DNA from: Anthoceros angustus | Lineage: Eukaryota > Plantae > Anthocerotophyta | Reading direction: 5' to 3' | DNA length: 64,000 bases | NCBI GenBank assembly: GCA_010909165.1 | Contig: MU008182.1 | Coordinates: forward strand, 954,954 to 1,018,953 | Shown: positions 35,369-46,653 of the stretch, piece by piece | How the letters are laid out: each line of letters begins with the position of its first letter | How positions within the stretch are numbered: position 1 is the first letter of the stretch | The notes under the pieces: model-generated | The model's input: the letters and a program-made list of their open reading frames with translations, nothing else | Databases searched by the model: none | Told to the model about the DNA's origin: nothing | Translations under genes and position numbers: made by a program

Positions 35369-36571
35369 CTTCCACCCAAGATCCCTCCGCTAACTGGGTG
35401 GAAGCAATGACACGCAACTCACTCTAGGGCACGTCCCGCGGACAGTTGGAGGACTTCCCCAGATCCCAACCAACACCCACTTGTTTACTCAATTTCTTGG
35501 TTCCCCACCAATGCTTCACTGCTCACCATACTACTCCCATCATTCCTCCGCCAGCCAGCCAAACTTCATATCCTCCTCCTCCCAGCTCTGCCCACCGAAG
35601 GTATCTTATCCAGACTAGGAATCGGGCCTGGATCCTCGCAAATTGGACTGGCCGCAGGCGGGCTCTGACTGCATGCCCAGTGTCGTGGCATCGTGGGCAG
35701 CTTCTGCGTGTCTTTCATAACGAGGTTGCGAATGGAGGAAAAAAGATAGAATATGGCGTCCAATTTTCCAAAAGGTAAAGGACTGGTAACCACAAAAAGA
35801 TGCCAAACCAAAACAACCAGTCTAAGTTGGAGATAAGTGGATAAATGTTTGATCAGTTTTACATAAACGATAGGCATTCTAATCTAGTGCTAATAAATCT
35901 TGCAATAGAATATGCATAAAATTCAAAGGAGAGAAGAAGATCGTGGAAGCAAATCGAACAAAGTTGTCATCCTTGGGTGGGGGGAAAAAGAAGACTTTAT
36001 TATAAAAAAGAGATGGAAAAAAACTCATCCACCCCAAAAACAAAGGGGGAAAACCCAACGAAAGGGTACCATGCCAAAGGGACTAGCCCATGATCACGCA
36101 TTTCAAAACTACCAATTGTAGTGCTTGTGATGATCCGTCCCGTGAGTTACAACTACGGGAATCCTTCCCAGACCTACCCTTTTGTTTTTGCACAAAGCAT
36201 ACCTTCCTCTATCGATTACTCTCGAGAAGAAAACTTCAAGAGGGGCTGCCATTTCTGGACCAGACCACAAGAGTTGGAGAGGATGGTTCATCAATGGGTT
36301 ATTAGGTATCCATTGCTCTTGAGAAGAAAACTTTGGAGTACCATTTTCTGGACCACAAAAAGTGCGGGGATGCTTCTTAAAAAACTCCGACGGCAAGTAA
36401 ACCACACCATATGAAAGGGAACGGGTAGGTGCTTTTCGATCGAACTTTCAGACAGCATAGCATTCTAAGTTCTAACTAGTACACCAGGGAACTTCTTCGA
36501 ACTGTTGTAGTCTACCTACGCGACATAGTAAGACCTGAGAGAGAAGGTGGTGGGGTCCACCACGGACGAAT

Positions 36572-36665
36572 TGAGAGACCGGGTTGTGCACCAGCCCGGA
36601 CAAACTTGAGAGACCGGGTTGTGCAGCATCCCGGACAAACTTGAGAGACCGGGTTGTGCACCACC
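36572..36665 (+). repeat. ~2.7 x 35-bp tandem repeat upstream of MATE copy 1
   Basis: TGAGAGACCGGGTTGTGCA-CA-CCCGGACAAACT repeated. Confidence 0.9.
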
Positions 36666-36919
36666 GTGGCCGCAAGGAGAGCAATGGGCACAGTCCGCTT
36701 GTCCCATTCTGCTCGGGAAGAGCAACGGCGTTTGTTCGTGTCCGCGGGGATCGCCGAAGGTGACCAGCCGCCTGGCTTGCCTCGCGCTCCACACTAGCGC
36801 CCGATCTGGGATGCGGGCAGATAGAATTCATTGCTTGCCGGCTGCTGCTGTGTGGATGAGTCCGGGGGTCCGCTTCCAGGCTCGGGTTCTGCGCTGCGCC
36901 GAGGCGCAGGGAGTACGCG

Positions 36920-38377
36920 ATGGACTCCAAGCTGGAGCAGAGCACGCTGAGCAGCAGCGGCAAGGGAAGTGGACTGGAAGCAGCGCTCCTGGAGGCGCAG
37001 GATTTGGATGAAGGGCCGGCGTCCTTGCTGGAGGAGGCGAGGAAGAACATGGCCCTGGCAGTCCCGGTGGCGCTCATGGGGATCGTGAATTACACGCTCT
37101 TCAGTGTTTCGGTGGCCTTCGTCGGGCGGCTCGGGGCTCTGAGGTTCGCGGCGGCCGCCATGGCGTCCAGCTTCGCGAATGTGTTCGGGTACGCCATTCT
37201 CGACGGGCTGTCGGCCGGGATGGAGACATTCGGGGGGCAGGCGTACGGGGCCGGGCAGAACAGGATGCTGGGAGTGGTTTTGCAGCGGGGGATTTTGGTT
37301 TTGCTCGTGGCGTGCTTGCCGATTTCCGTGCTGTTCAATCTGGCTTCTCCGATTTTGCTGGCCCTAGGGCAGGATCCGGAGATCGTGCAGCTGGCGTCGC
37401 AGTACGTGCTGGTGCTGCTGCCGGGCCTGTTTGTGGCGGCGGGTCTGTCGCCGGTGCAGAAGTTTCTGGAAGTGCAGGGAGTGATGGTGCCGATGGCGAT
37501 GAGTGCGTGCTGCGTGCTGTTGCTGAGCGTGCCTGTGAATTACATGTGGGTGTATGCGCTGGAGCTAGGGTTTCTCGGGGCCGGGGCTGCGTTTAGTACT
37601 GCGACCTGTATGAATCTGGGGTTTCTGTTGCTGTATTTGCAGTCTGAGAGTACGGGGATTTTGGAGAGGGCGTGGCTTGGGTGGAGTAGGGATGCGTTTC
37701 GGGACTGGGTGCCTTTTCTGAAGCTTGCGGTTCCTGCCATGGCTATGAATTGTTTCGAGTGGTGGTTTTTCGAGGTGCTGTTGGTTATGTCTGGCTTGTT
37801 GCCTGATCCGCAGATCAGCTTGTCCGCCATGAACATAACCTACCAGACGGCTGGGGTGTGCTACATGGTGCAAATAGGGCTCAGCACGGCTGCCAGCGTC
37901 CGAGTCAGTAACGAGCTGGGTGCCCAGAGGCCTGCCAGGGCGCGGAGGGCTGTGGTGGCAGCTCTGTGCAATGCGTTGCTCACTAGTGGAGTCTTGTCCA
38001 TCGTGCTGCTGCTGTTCCGACGTAAGTGGGCCTTGATTTTCACCACCTCGGATGAGGTGGAGGTGGTGTCCTTGGTGGGTTTGCTCATCCCCTTGATCGT
38101 GGCATGCCAGCCCATCTTCTGCATGAGCACGGTTTTGTCTGGGATTTTGAGAGGGTCTGGGCAGCAGCTGGCAGGTTCCCTCGTCAACGGGCTCACCTTT
38201 TGGGCAGTGGCTCTGCCCCTTTCCTACTACCTTGCGTTCCGTGAAGGACATGGCTTGCAAGGCCTGTGGTGGGGAGTCATGGCTGGGTCCGGGTCCCAAG
38301 CGGTCATGAACGCCGGCCTTGTCTGGAGAACTGACTGGTCTGATCAGGCAGACAAGGCCTTCGAGCGAGTTAGCTGA
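36920..38377 (+). CDS. MATE/DTX family efflux transporter, copy 1 (intronless, 485 aa)
   Basis: GLSAGMETFGGQAYGAGQ, LAVPAMAMNCFEWWFFE, AASVRVSNELGA and LSGILRGSGQQ; about 12 TM segments. Confidence 0.95.
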   Translation: MDSKLEQSTLSSSGKGSGLEAALLEAQDLDEGPASLLEEARKNMALAVPVALMGIVNYTLFSVSVAFVGRLGALRFAAAAMASSFANVFGYAILDGLSAGMETFGGQAYGAGQNRMLGVVLQRGILVLLVACLPISVLFNLASPILLALGQDPEIVQLASQYVLVLLPGLFVAAGLSPVQKFLEVQGVMVPMAMSACCVLLLSVPVNYMWVYALELGFLGAGAAFSTATCMNLGFLLLYLQSESTGILERAWLGWSRDAFRDWVPFLKLAVPAMAMNCFEWWFFEVLLVMSGLLPDPQISLSAMNITYQTAGVCYMVQIGLSTAASVRVSNELGAQRPARARRAVVAALCNALLTSGVLSIVLLLFRRKWALIFTTSDEVEVVSLVGLLIPLIVACQPIFCMSTVLSGILRGSGQQLAGSLVNGLTFWAVALPLSYYLAFREGHGLQGLWWGVMAGSGSQAVMNAGLVWRTDWSDQADKAFERVS

Positions 38378-38679
38378 ATTCCTGCCTTTTACTAGCAGCT
38401 GCCTCAATTTTTTGCTTGTTTCCATAACTTGGAACAAGCACAAGCAAGCTTAGCTTCACGAACTCCTCTGCTATCTCGTGCGACGTGCTTGCAAAGAGAG
38501 CTCTGACGTGCATCCAGTGTTGGGCAGTACTAGTGCGCGGGAGCATTTTGAGGGCGTAAGACATCGGATTGGATCGGAGGGGAGCCGTGGACATGCTTCC
38601 GGAGCGTGCAGGAGAGCGGTGCTTGCGTGGCTTGTTCTTCTGGTGGGTGCAAGCAGAGAAGCTCATCCGGAGCTCGGTG

Positions 38680-38840
38680 GCAGCGTATATGTTCGACATC
38701 AAGATATATGCTGAGGCATCTTGCTTGTCTAGCTTCACTGGTGCATCGACAGCGTGACGTCCCACTTCCACATTGGTCCACTTTCTACAAGAACCCAGGA
38801 GAGTGTGCCACACTGCAGCATCAGGCCTTACAGGCATTGT
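38680..38840 (-). pseudogene. PPR E-domain remnant
   Basis: MPVRPDAAVWHTLLGSCRKWTNVEVGRHA...ASAYILMSNIYAA resembles the E1/E2 region of the neighbouring PPR genes, with no upstream repeats. Confidence 0.7.
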
Positions 38841-39518
38841 CTCATAACCAGGGCACGTAGGAAGTGAGAACCAATGCAAAAGTTCAAGCACGGTCTGCAA
38901 GAACCCCTACAGAAGTCTGCTGCAATCTGAGATCGAAAAGAGCATCATACAAGGAAATCCAATGCTCTTGGAGAATCGTAATGCGTCCGAATCAAAACCG
39001 ATACACGCTATCCTTTGCACCAAGATATGTCGCATAATCTTTAGTAACGTCCCCTCTGTGGTTGCGAAAACGCATTAGAAACCCGCTGCTACAAAGAAAT
39101 AAAAAGGAGAGATGCAAAAGGTTATGAATGCCCGATGCAAGGCAGGTATGTAGATTTTCATGCTCATGGTCTCGCACAGGGCCACCAGAATGCCCTCGAA
39201 AGCAGGAACGGGCTGGTCTTAAACACACCACAACCGCTAGTAAACGAAACTATATACGAATCTGACGTCAAGACTGAAGTGCCCACACACCTTAGTTGCT
39301 ACCAAGGGCGCTCCTTTGCCGACCACCGTCACACCCGGCAAGCCACTGAAATCTGCTGCAATTAAACTCATGGTGGTCCGTACATGATGCAGAACATCCA
39401 GTAATTGCTGCTAGCAGACATCTGCACACAGACTGTTACAACTCCACTATGTAGCTAGCTTTGCAAACTCTGTCGACAGATAGAATTTCATAAGTACCAT
39501 CAGAGGTGACAGCCAGCT

Positions 39519-39626
39519 CAGTCGCTCCATTCACAGAACAGTCAATAGGTGAAGTACTTGCCAAGCATCCAGTCGCTCCATTCACAGAACAGTCAATAGG
39601 TGAAGTACTTGCCAGGCATCCAGTCG
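39519..39626 (+). repeat. 2 x 51-bp tandem duplication
   Basis: CAGTCGCTCCATTCACAGAACAGTCAATAGGTGAAGTACTTGCCARGCATC twice, bounded by CAGTCG. Confidence 0.9.
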
Positions 39627-40011
39627 GAATCCAGAAAAGCTCAGACTTAAGCCAGAACCTCGAACTAATCTTTTGACGAAATCAAGCCACCTGATATGTC
39701 CACTAGCATTATCACTAAAGATGTCTAGAAATTGCTTAATCAGAGGACCTTGTAAAGGATGGAGGGTTTCAAAAGCTTCACCCCTGTTATACGAGACAGC
39801 CATGGAGCACCAGCCCAACAACTATTGACATGAGAATCATGAATAAGAGTTGATTCTTAACAAAATGGATGTGCAAAAACGAATCCACAAAGCTCAAGAA
39901 AGCATACCCATGCCCCTTTTAAGAGATAACAACTTCCATCCACGAGGATGACTGAGAAGGTTTGCAAACCAAGTCATGAGGCAGATTATCTAGAACCTAT
40001 CAAAAAGTCAA

Positions 40012-40091
40012 ACAATGGCCTCAGTTGGATTGAGAAAGAGATGAAGACTGGTCGCACAATGGCCTCAGTTGGATTGAGAAAGAGATGAAGA
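40012..40091 (+). repeat. 2 x 44-bp tandem duplication
   Basis: ACAATGGCCTCAGTTGGATTGAGAAAGAGATGAAGA twice. Confidence 0.9.
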
Positions 40092-40449
40092 TTGTTCACT
40101 GTGAACGGATTGTTGTGAAGTTTATTCATACATTTCTCAATTACAAAGACCTATAATTTTTGTTTCCATATGCATATACTTGTTAAACAAGGAAACATAT
40201 CACTTGTTACCCACCTCTCTATGTTGGTGGCGTGTAAGCAAAGAGTGGAGGTGTGGTGCGCCGTGCGTCAAGGCAGGGTTTTGCGAGGCCTAACTCGGAG
40301 TGGGCAGCCCGGGCCTAAACACGGTGTACGAATGTGGGGAGGCCGGGCGTATGTGCTGCGCTTGTGTTGCGACACGCTTCGAGCATGTTGCAAGGAGCTA
40401 TGGATGTGTTCTAAACGATTGCTAACTCAGATGCTTTCACGTGGTTTGC

Positions 40450-40690
40450 CATCATTTTCATGCATGTTAAGCAGAGACAGGATAGGGAGGCCATACAACT
40501 GTATCATCAGATCTGCATGGCGAGTGTGAAGGTAGATGGTCATGTGTTTGTAGCAACCCTGCAGGCTTGTGCCCAAGGAGTTGACCTAGAAGATGGGCAG
40601 CTGGTGTAAGCTGGTGTGTCGGCCATTGGGGTTGAGCTTGATCTCTTTGTTTTTACAAAATTAGTTGACAGTTATGCAAAGTGTGGTAAA
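40450..40690 (+). pseudogene. Degenerate PLS-PPR fragment
   Basis: Hand translation EAIQLYHQICMASVKVDGHVFVATLQACAQGVDLEDGQLV*AGVSAIGVELDLFVFTKLVDSYAKCG shows P-L-S motifs with an in-frame stop. Confidence 0.75.
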
Positions 40691-40811
40691 GAATGCACAC
40701 AGCAAAATTAGTTGACAGCACGATGCATGCCGATCGACAACTCAAGCCCGAAGAGCATTGGACAAAAGACAATCGTAAAGATTAAAAAAGATGCCTCAAG
40801 TACCAAAAGGT

Positions 40812-41700
40812 TGTAACCGTTTTATAACCAAAAATAACTAAACTATATATGATTAACGAATACTTAAACCAAATAACATTTCATAATTAAGCCCTGACCC
40901 TATTAGGGGTTTTTGGGTTGAAACGATAATTAAGGCTTATTATCTAACACCCCCTCTCAAACCAAAAACAAGCCATAGTGCTTCAGCAAGCCTAGAGACA
41001 GCCATTTGTAAGAACTTAAAATCTAGATGTAAGGTTCACAAGATCTCCCATGGGTTGGGTTTCACCACGACCTAGCCAATCAATCACTACACAAAGAGAC
41101 TTGCACAACTCTCATTGCTCTCAATCTCACGACGCAGCACTAGGCTCCAAGGAGCCCGCCATTAACTGATAACTCACAGACCAATCTCTTCGAGGTGCTG
41201 CTCTTTATTCACAGAATAAAGACTTGAGTCTGCCTATTTACGCCCAACTAGTAGCTGCTCTTTATTCACATAATAAAACTTGAGTCTGACTATTTACGCC
41301 CGACTGATAGCTGCTCTTTATTCACAGAATAAAGACTTGAGTCTGGCTATTTACGGCCAATTGGTAGCTGCCCTTGACTCAAGGACAAGGGCACTAACTT
41401 GGCTCTCCATAACTCTCTCCACACAAGGTGTGAAGCGCACAATGAACTAAATGATGAATGCTCAAAGCTCTTGCTCTAGCCCTTATATATCCCGCATGCT
41501 CACCTCAATTAGATAGCCACTAACTCAGGGGATTCTTGCAGACCACTCATCACTAAGAGTCCTCTCTAGACAGCTCTTCATTAGTCCTCTCTAGACAATT
41601 CTTCATTAGTCCTCTCTAGACAGTTCTTCATTAGTCCTCTCTAGACAGCTCTTCAATAGTGGCTGCAGCAATTCTTTTCTAACAGGAGATAACATGAAGC
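40812..41700 (-). mobile_element. Probable LTR-retrotransposon remnant with internal tandem arrays
   Basis: On the minus strand a polypurine tract GAGAGGGGG (40958-40950) directly precedes TGTTAG. Contains 3 x 57-bp repeats (41197-41371) and 4 x 25-bp repeats (41558-41656). AT-rich, no ORF. Confidence 0.45.
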
Positions 41701-41810
41701 ATGCAACACATACATTTCTTAAGAGGGCAGCTGCTAATTAACTTTTTACTCTTTTAATTTTTAATTACTCTAAGTTTGATAATATAGGATAATTTGCCAT
41801 ATCAAGTGCG

Positions 41811-42258
41811 GAAAGAAGAAGAAGAACAGGAAGAATTTTATTTAAGTCCACTAAGGACGGATTTCTGTCATGGAACTTGGTACTTAACAACTTGTACTGC
41901 GATGTGCCTAAGCTACTTGCACCAAGGGTATCCACTCCCTTTAAGGACCTCATCTAAGTACCTATGTAAGCGTAGGATGCTTAATCAGAATCACGACGTT
42001 CTTATAAATGTGTGTCCATTTGGCCAAAGCCAAGAAAGAAGAAGAAGAAGAATTTTATTTAAGTCCATTGAGGACGGATTTCCGTCATGGACTTGGTACT
42101 TAACAACTTGTACCATGGTGTGCCTAAGCTACTTGCACCAAGGGCATCCACTTCCTTTAGGCACCCCATTTAAGTACCGATCTAAGCTCAGATGCTTAAT
42201 CACGGCGTTCTTATTAATGTGTTTCCATTTGTGTCCATTTGGACTAAGCCATTTGGAC
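41811..42258 (-). mobile_element. Two head-to-tail copies (B, C) of the dispersed SINE-like repeat
   Basis: 41811-42033 and 42034-42258 resemble each other and the reverse complement of 7268-7460. Each starts with (GAA)n TTTTATT on the plus strand. Confidence 0.75.
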
Positions 42259-42642
42259 TTTACCAACTCTCCACTTTCATCCCGCCACCATGCTACTTTA
42301 CCAACTCTGCACTTTTCTGTGGTGGTGGTGAATTGGGAATGGGCAAGCGCCGGCTGACCTGGGGTCAGTTCCTCCCGTACATGTACCATAAATCAACAAT
42401 ACATATGTACGTTGGATTTGTCCTTTCACGCTCATAGAGATGTTCAACTGTATTCGTCCTGTCTGATGGCGTCGCGGAAGCTTCCTCCGCATGGCGGGTA
42501 AGTTGCCTTGTGCTCCACACTTTCCGGTAGTGCCGCTGAGGCGAAGCCTTTTAACGGTGCCGAGACTCGGGCGCTTCAGGCCGAGATGAGTCCTGGTGTC
42601 GCGCTTCCAGAGAGCTGCGATTGCGCGGCTGGGAGTCCGGCA

Positions 42643-44115
42643 ATGGACTCGGACCACGCACAGCAGGCCAAGAGCAACGGCAACGGCAAGGAGGGCGGCC
42701 TGCGAGCGCCGCTGCTGGACCTGGAGGCGCGCGACGTCGATTTCGATGGAGGCCCGACGACTCTGCTGGCGGAGGCGAGGAAGAACATGGAGCTGGCGCT
42801 CCCCGTGGCGTTCATGGGCATCGTGAGCTACACGCTCTTCGGGGTCTCCCTGGCCTTCGTGGGCCGCCTCGGGGCCCTGCATTTCGCGGCAGCTTCCATG
42901 GCCTCCAGCTTCGCCAACGTGTTCGGGTACGCCATCCTGGACGGGCTGTCCGCGGGGATGGAGACGCTCGGGGGGCAGGCCCACGGGGCCGGGCAGCACA
43001 GGCTGTTGGGGGTCGTTTTGCAGAGGGGGATTTTCGTGCTGCTCATGGCGTGTTTGGCCATTGCGGGAGTCTTCACTCTGGCTTCCCCGATTCTGCTCGC
43101 CCTGGGGCAGGATGCGGGGATTGTAGAGCTGGCGGCGAGGTACGTCCTGGTGCTGCTTCCGGGGCTGTTTGCGGCGGCCTGTTTGTCCCCTGTGCAGAAG
43201 TTTCTGGAGGTGCAGGGGGTGATGGTGCCCATGGCTGTCAGTGCCTGCGTCGTGCTGCTGCTGAGCTTTCCCGTGAACTACGTCGGGATTTACGTGCTGG
43301 AACTGGGGTTTCTCGGGGCCGGGGGGGCGTACAGCATGTCCGCCATCTTCAATCTGGCGTTTCTGCTGCTGTTTTTGCAGTTTGAGTCGAGTGGGATTCT
43401 GGAGCGGGCGTGGCCTGGGTGGAGTAGAGATGCGTTTCGGGATTGGGCTCCGTTTTTGAAGCTTGCGGTGCCTGCTATGGCTATGAATTGCTTTGAGTGG
43501 TGGTTCTTCGAGGTGTTGCTGGTTTTGGCGGGGCTGTTGCCTGATCCGGAGATTACCTTGACGGCTATGAACATTACCTTCCAGACGGCGGGGGTGTGCT
43601 ATATGGTGCATTTAGGGCTGAGCACGGCTGCCAGCGTCCGGGTGTCCAACGAGCTGGGGGCTCAGAGGCCTGACAGGGCCAAGAGGGCTGTGCTTGCGGC
43701 TGTTTGCAATTCCGTGTTGGCGAGCGGAGTGCTGTCTGTTGTGTTGTTGCTGTTTCGGCATCGCTGGGCTTTGATTTTCACTACTTCGGATGAGGTGGAG
43801 GTGGTGGCTCTGGTGGCCCTGCTCATGCCCTTGATTGTGGCGTCGCAGTTCATCCTGTCCCTGAGTGCGGTCATGTCTGGGATTTTGAGGGGGTCTGGGC
43901 AGCAGCTGGCAGGGTCCATTGTGAACGGGGTCACATTGTGGGCGGTGGCTTTGCCCACGAGCTATTACCTTGCATTCCGGGCAGGGTATGGCCTGCAGGG
44001 GCTGTGGTGGGGGCTCATGGTAGGAGTAGGGTTGCAATCTGTGATGAACGTCAGCCTGTCGTTCAGAACGGACTGGTCTCATCAGGCAGCTAAGGCCTTT
44101 GAGAGAGTCAGCTGA
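42643..44115 (+). CDS. MATE/DTX family efflux transporter, copy 2 (intronless; alternative in-frame ATG at 42586)
   Basis: Colinear close paralog of 36920-38377 with the same motifs and the same KAFERVS end. Confidence 0.95.
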   Translation: MDSDHAQQAKSNGNGKEGGLRAPLLDLEARDVDFDGGPTTLLAEARKNMELALPVAFMGIVSYTLFGVSLAFVGRLGALHFAAASMASSFANVFGYAILDGLSAGMETLGGQAHGAGQHRLLGVVLQRGIFVLLMACLAIAGVFTLASPILLALGQDAGIVELAARYVLVLLPGLFAAACLSPVQKFLEVQGVMVPMAVSACVVLLLSFPVNYVGIYVLELGFLGAGGAYSMSAIFNLAFLLLFLQFESSGILERAWPGWSRDAFRDWAPFLKLAVPAMAMNCFEWWFFEVLLVLAGLLPDPEITLTAMNITFQTAGVCYMVHLGLSTAASVRVSNELGAQRPDRAKRAVLAAVCNSVLASGVLSVVLLLFRHRWALIFTTSDEVEVVALVALLMPLIVASQFILSLSAVMSGILRGSGQQLAGSIVNGVTLWAVALPTSYYLAFRAGYGLQGLWWGLMVGVGLQSVMNVSLSFRTDWSHQAAKAFERVS

Positions 44116-44527
44116 ATCCATCCCTGTGCACTCTCCACATTTTTGCTCTCAGGTTATTAGTTTGACAGCAGCTGTGGAAGCAGTCACGGTCCGTGACAAG
44201 CGACACCGCAAATGCTCCGTAGTCCGTCCTTCTCGTGAGGTGAAATGCTGTCGAATTAGAAGCAGGGCTCCTCTTCCTACGACTGTCTCAAAAGGTCGCC
44301 TTCATCTGCATGTAGGTGAATTCACCAAACCTTGGTTGGATGAATGAGACTGCCCAACATACAAACTGGACGTCGAAGTCCCAGAGTCGGTTGCACAATC
44401 GGGGGGGTTGATCTCCCGGTGGATTTTGTTTGTGGTTTGAAGGCCGTTAAAGCTCTGGCATGAGCTTACACATTAGCAACGGAAAACACATGAGATAACA
44501 TCAAGCAGCAGCTGAGCTTCTGTACGC

Positions 44528-44650
44528 CTATGCGAGGATCAAGGCTTTGGCCTTCCATGTGTACAACTTCTCATGTAATTTCTTGCTGAATTTCTTGTAA
44601 GCTTCATTCCTCCTGCCTGTGGGAGCACCCACAGGTAAAAGGGTGGACAT
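44528..44650 (-). mobile_element. Short LINE reverse-transcriptase-like remnant
   Basis: LPVGAPTGRRNEAYKKFSKKLHEKLYTWKAKAL resembles the post-RT 'LP.G...KL..WK...L' region of plant L1-type ORF2. Confidence 0.4.
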
Positions 44651-44703
44651 AACAACTGCCAATCGCGTGAGAATCAAGCCGTCATGATGATTGGACAGAG
44701 AGG

Positions 44704-45236
44704 TTTCCTCAATCAGAGCCAGTGTGTTCAGATTTGGGGACAATGTCGGTTTCACACCTTTTGCTGCGAAAACCTCCTCCGCTGTCCTGGATAGAGAGGA
44801 CACCATTTATCACATTTGCATATTGTCACGAACAGTCTTTTGCGTGCAGAGGGCAAATGAAATTCATGGACATCTTGTGAACCTTGCTAGGATGGGCCTT
44901 GGTTTGAAACGGTCATCAGGATCACTGCACAAGACACTCTGTTAGGGCTTATCTCCACACTTTGGCAAGTCACTTCACAAAGCTGCAGACGGTCCTGTCC
45001 GGTCCGAAGCAAATGAAACAGCGAGTCAGGTTAGAGGACCTTTGCACACAAATGACAGCATCAACTCGATTAGAACGCAGCATTCCCACTGCAATTGTCG
45101 TCACAATTCCTGTCCATTGAACACCTGTAGCACAAAGCCACTGCATGTCAGCAGTTGCGAAAGTCAAGCAAGCAAGGCAGACCTGGCCAAAGCTCCAACC
45201 TTCGATAGGCTCAATCTTCTGGGCATAAAGCATTTC
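44704..45236 (-). pseudogene. HCAR: Four-exon internal fragment of 7-hydroxymethyl chlorophyll a reductase
   Basis: Exons encode MLYAQKIEPIEG, VQWTGIVTTIAVGMLRSNRVDAVICVQ, SDPDDRFKPRPILAR and TAEEVFAAKGVKPTLSPNLNTLALIE. No N-terminal Fe-S Cys exons or C-terminal exons found nearby. Confidence 0.8.
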
Positions 45237-46653
45237 CTCGCGGATTCACAACAGATGAACAGGACATCGGGGTGTCTCACGCCGACAATCTGGACTGCAG
45301 TTTGAACGGGAGAAAAAGAACCGGTCAGCTGATGCCGCACGTTGTCAATGCAGGCACCAGCAACCGTGGCGCTGAAGGTGCCGGAATTGCTGCATCCGGG
45401 CTGCAGAACTGCGGATTCCCTCCATCTCGTCATCTCAGGTGAGCTGCTGCGTGGGAAGCGGAATGCTTTCGTGTTTGAGGCTGCGGACTCCCGGCGGAAA
45501 CGCTCTGCGCAGCTACGGCTCATTGGTGGAGAGGGTGGTTCGACACAAGGTCAGCCGATGCTCACTGCTGATGAACGCAAAGACAGGTTGGTGACCTGCA
45601 GCGTTTGATTCAGCTAGGTGTGTGAGGTGAATGGCGTCCTGCACTTCCGATCTCTGTGATGGGCACGAGGAGAAGCTAGAAACCGGAGAGCTGAGGGTCT
45701 GTGCTACCGTCTTTTCTGTCTATGACCGAGCTTCAGAGGTCCATAGTGACTGTCAAGGTATTAGAAGACAATGTCCTCGTGCGCAAAGCACTGTTAAAAG
45801 AAGGTAGGGGCAAGGTTTTATGGTGTGCATTGCTGAGAGGGATCCTCGCAGCCATGGCACAAGATAAAGGGTGGCAGGCATGATTGTGAATGGGTGCGTG
45901 CGAGAAGTGGACGAGGTAAATGCTTTGAAATTGGTGTGAGGGCTCTTGCTTCCCATCCCGTTGAGAGTAAGAAGAAAGGACACGGTGAGACAAATGTGGC
46001 TGTATCTGTAGCTTAAGTCCGCATAGCCCCTGGAGACTGGTGCTATGCTGACAAAGACGGAGTTATTGTCTCCAAGGTGGAACTGTGATCCAGGAGTGCT
46101 GCCTTCTAGGAGTCTGAGATTTGCAGGGAATCGGCTCCAGTCTCCGACATCTTCTGTTGTTCTGCTTGAACTAGGAGCTGCAGTGCAGCTTGGATTTGCT
46201 TAATGATAAAAAGTACAGCACAAGTAGGATTTGTTGGAAACGAGCAGGTAACGTCGGATTGATCAACCGACATTGCAACTTTGCTTCATTCTCAAGTGAC
46301 AATGCATAATTCACAGATCGGAGCTATCCTTGGAGACTGTTCATGGACAACCCTGCTAGTATGTCCACAGATGGGGGATCTCCAGTTCAGTTATTCTCTC
46401 GTCTTCAAGTCCAATTCTTGAAGCTGAGAGGTGTTTCTAGGTATGAATGGGTTAGCCTCATTTGGGTTCTGGTTGGCTTGCTCGTTTTCAAGCCATTGTT
46501 GCCGGTTTTGGGAAGGGGTCTGGTCTGGTCTGGAAAATTGGTTGGTACATGTTCCAAATGGTCTTCTATACATACAGTCTAAGGCTTGACATCTGGCTCT
46601 GATCTAGCTAACAAAAGTTTCCTTTCTGTCAACGATCTCTGCTCACTTCTCAC

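Noticed and set aside
42298-43611. Long antisense ORFs over the MATE, Lhcb and PPR genes
   Set aside because: Expected by-products of GC-rich codon usage on the opposite strand; no domain features.
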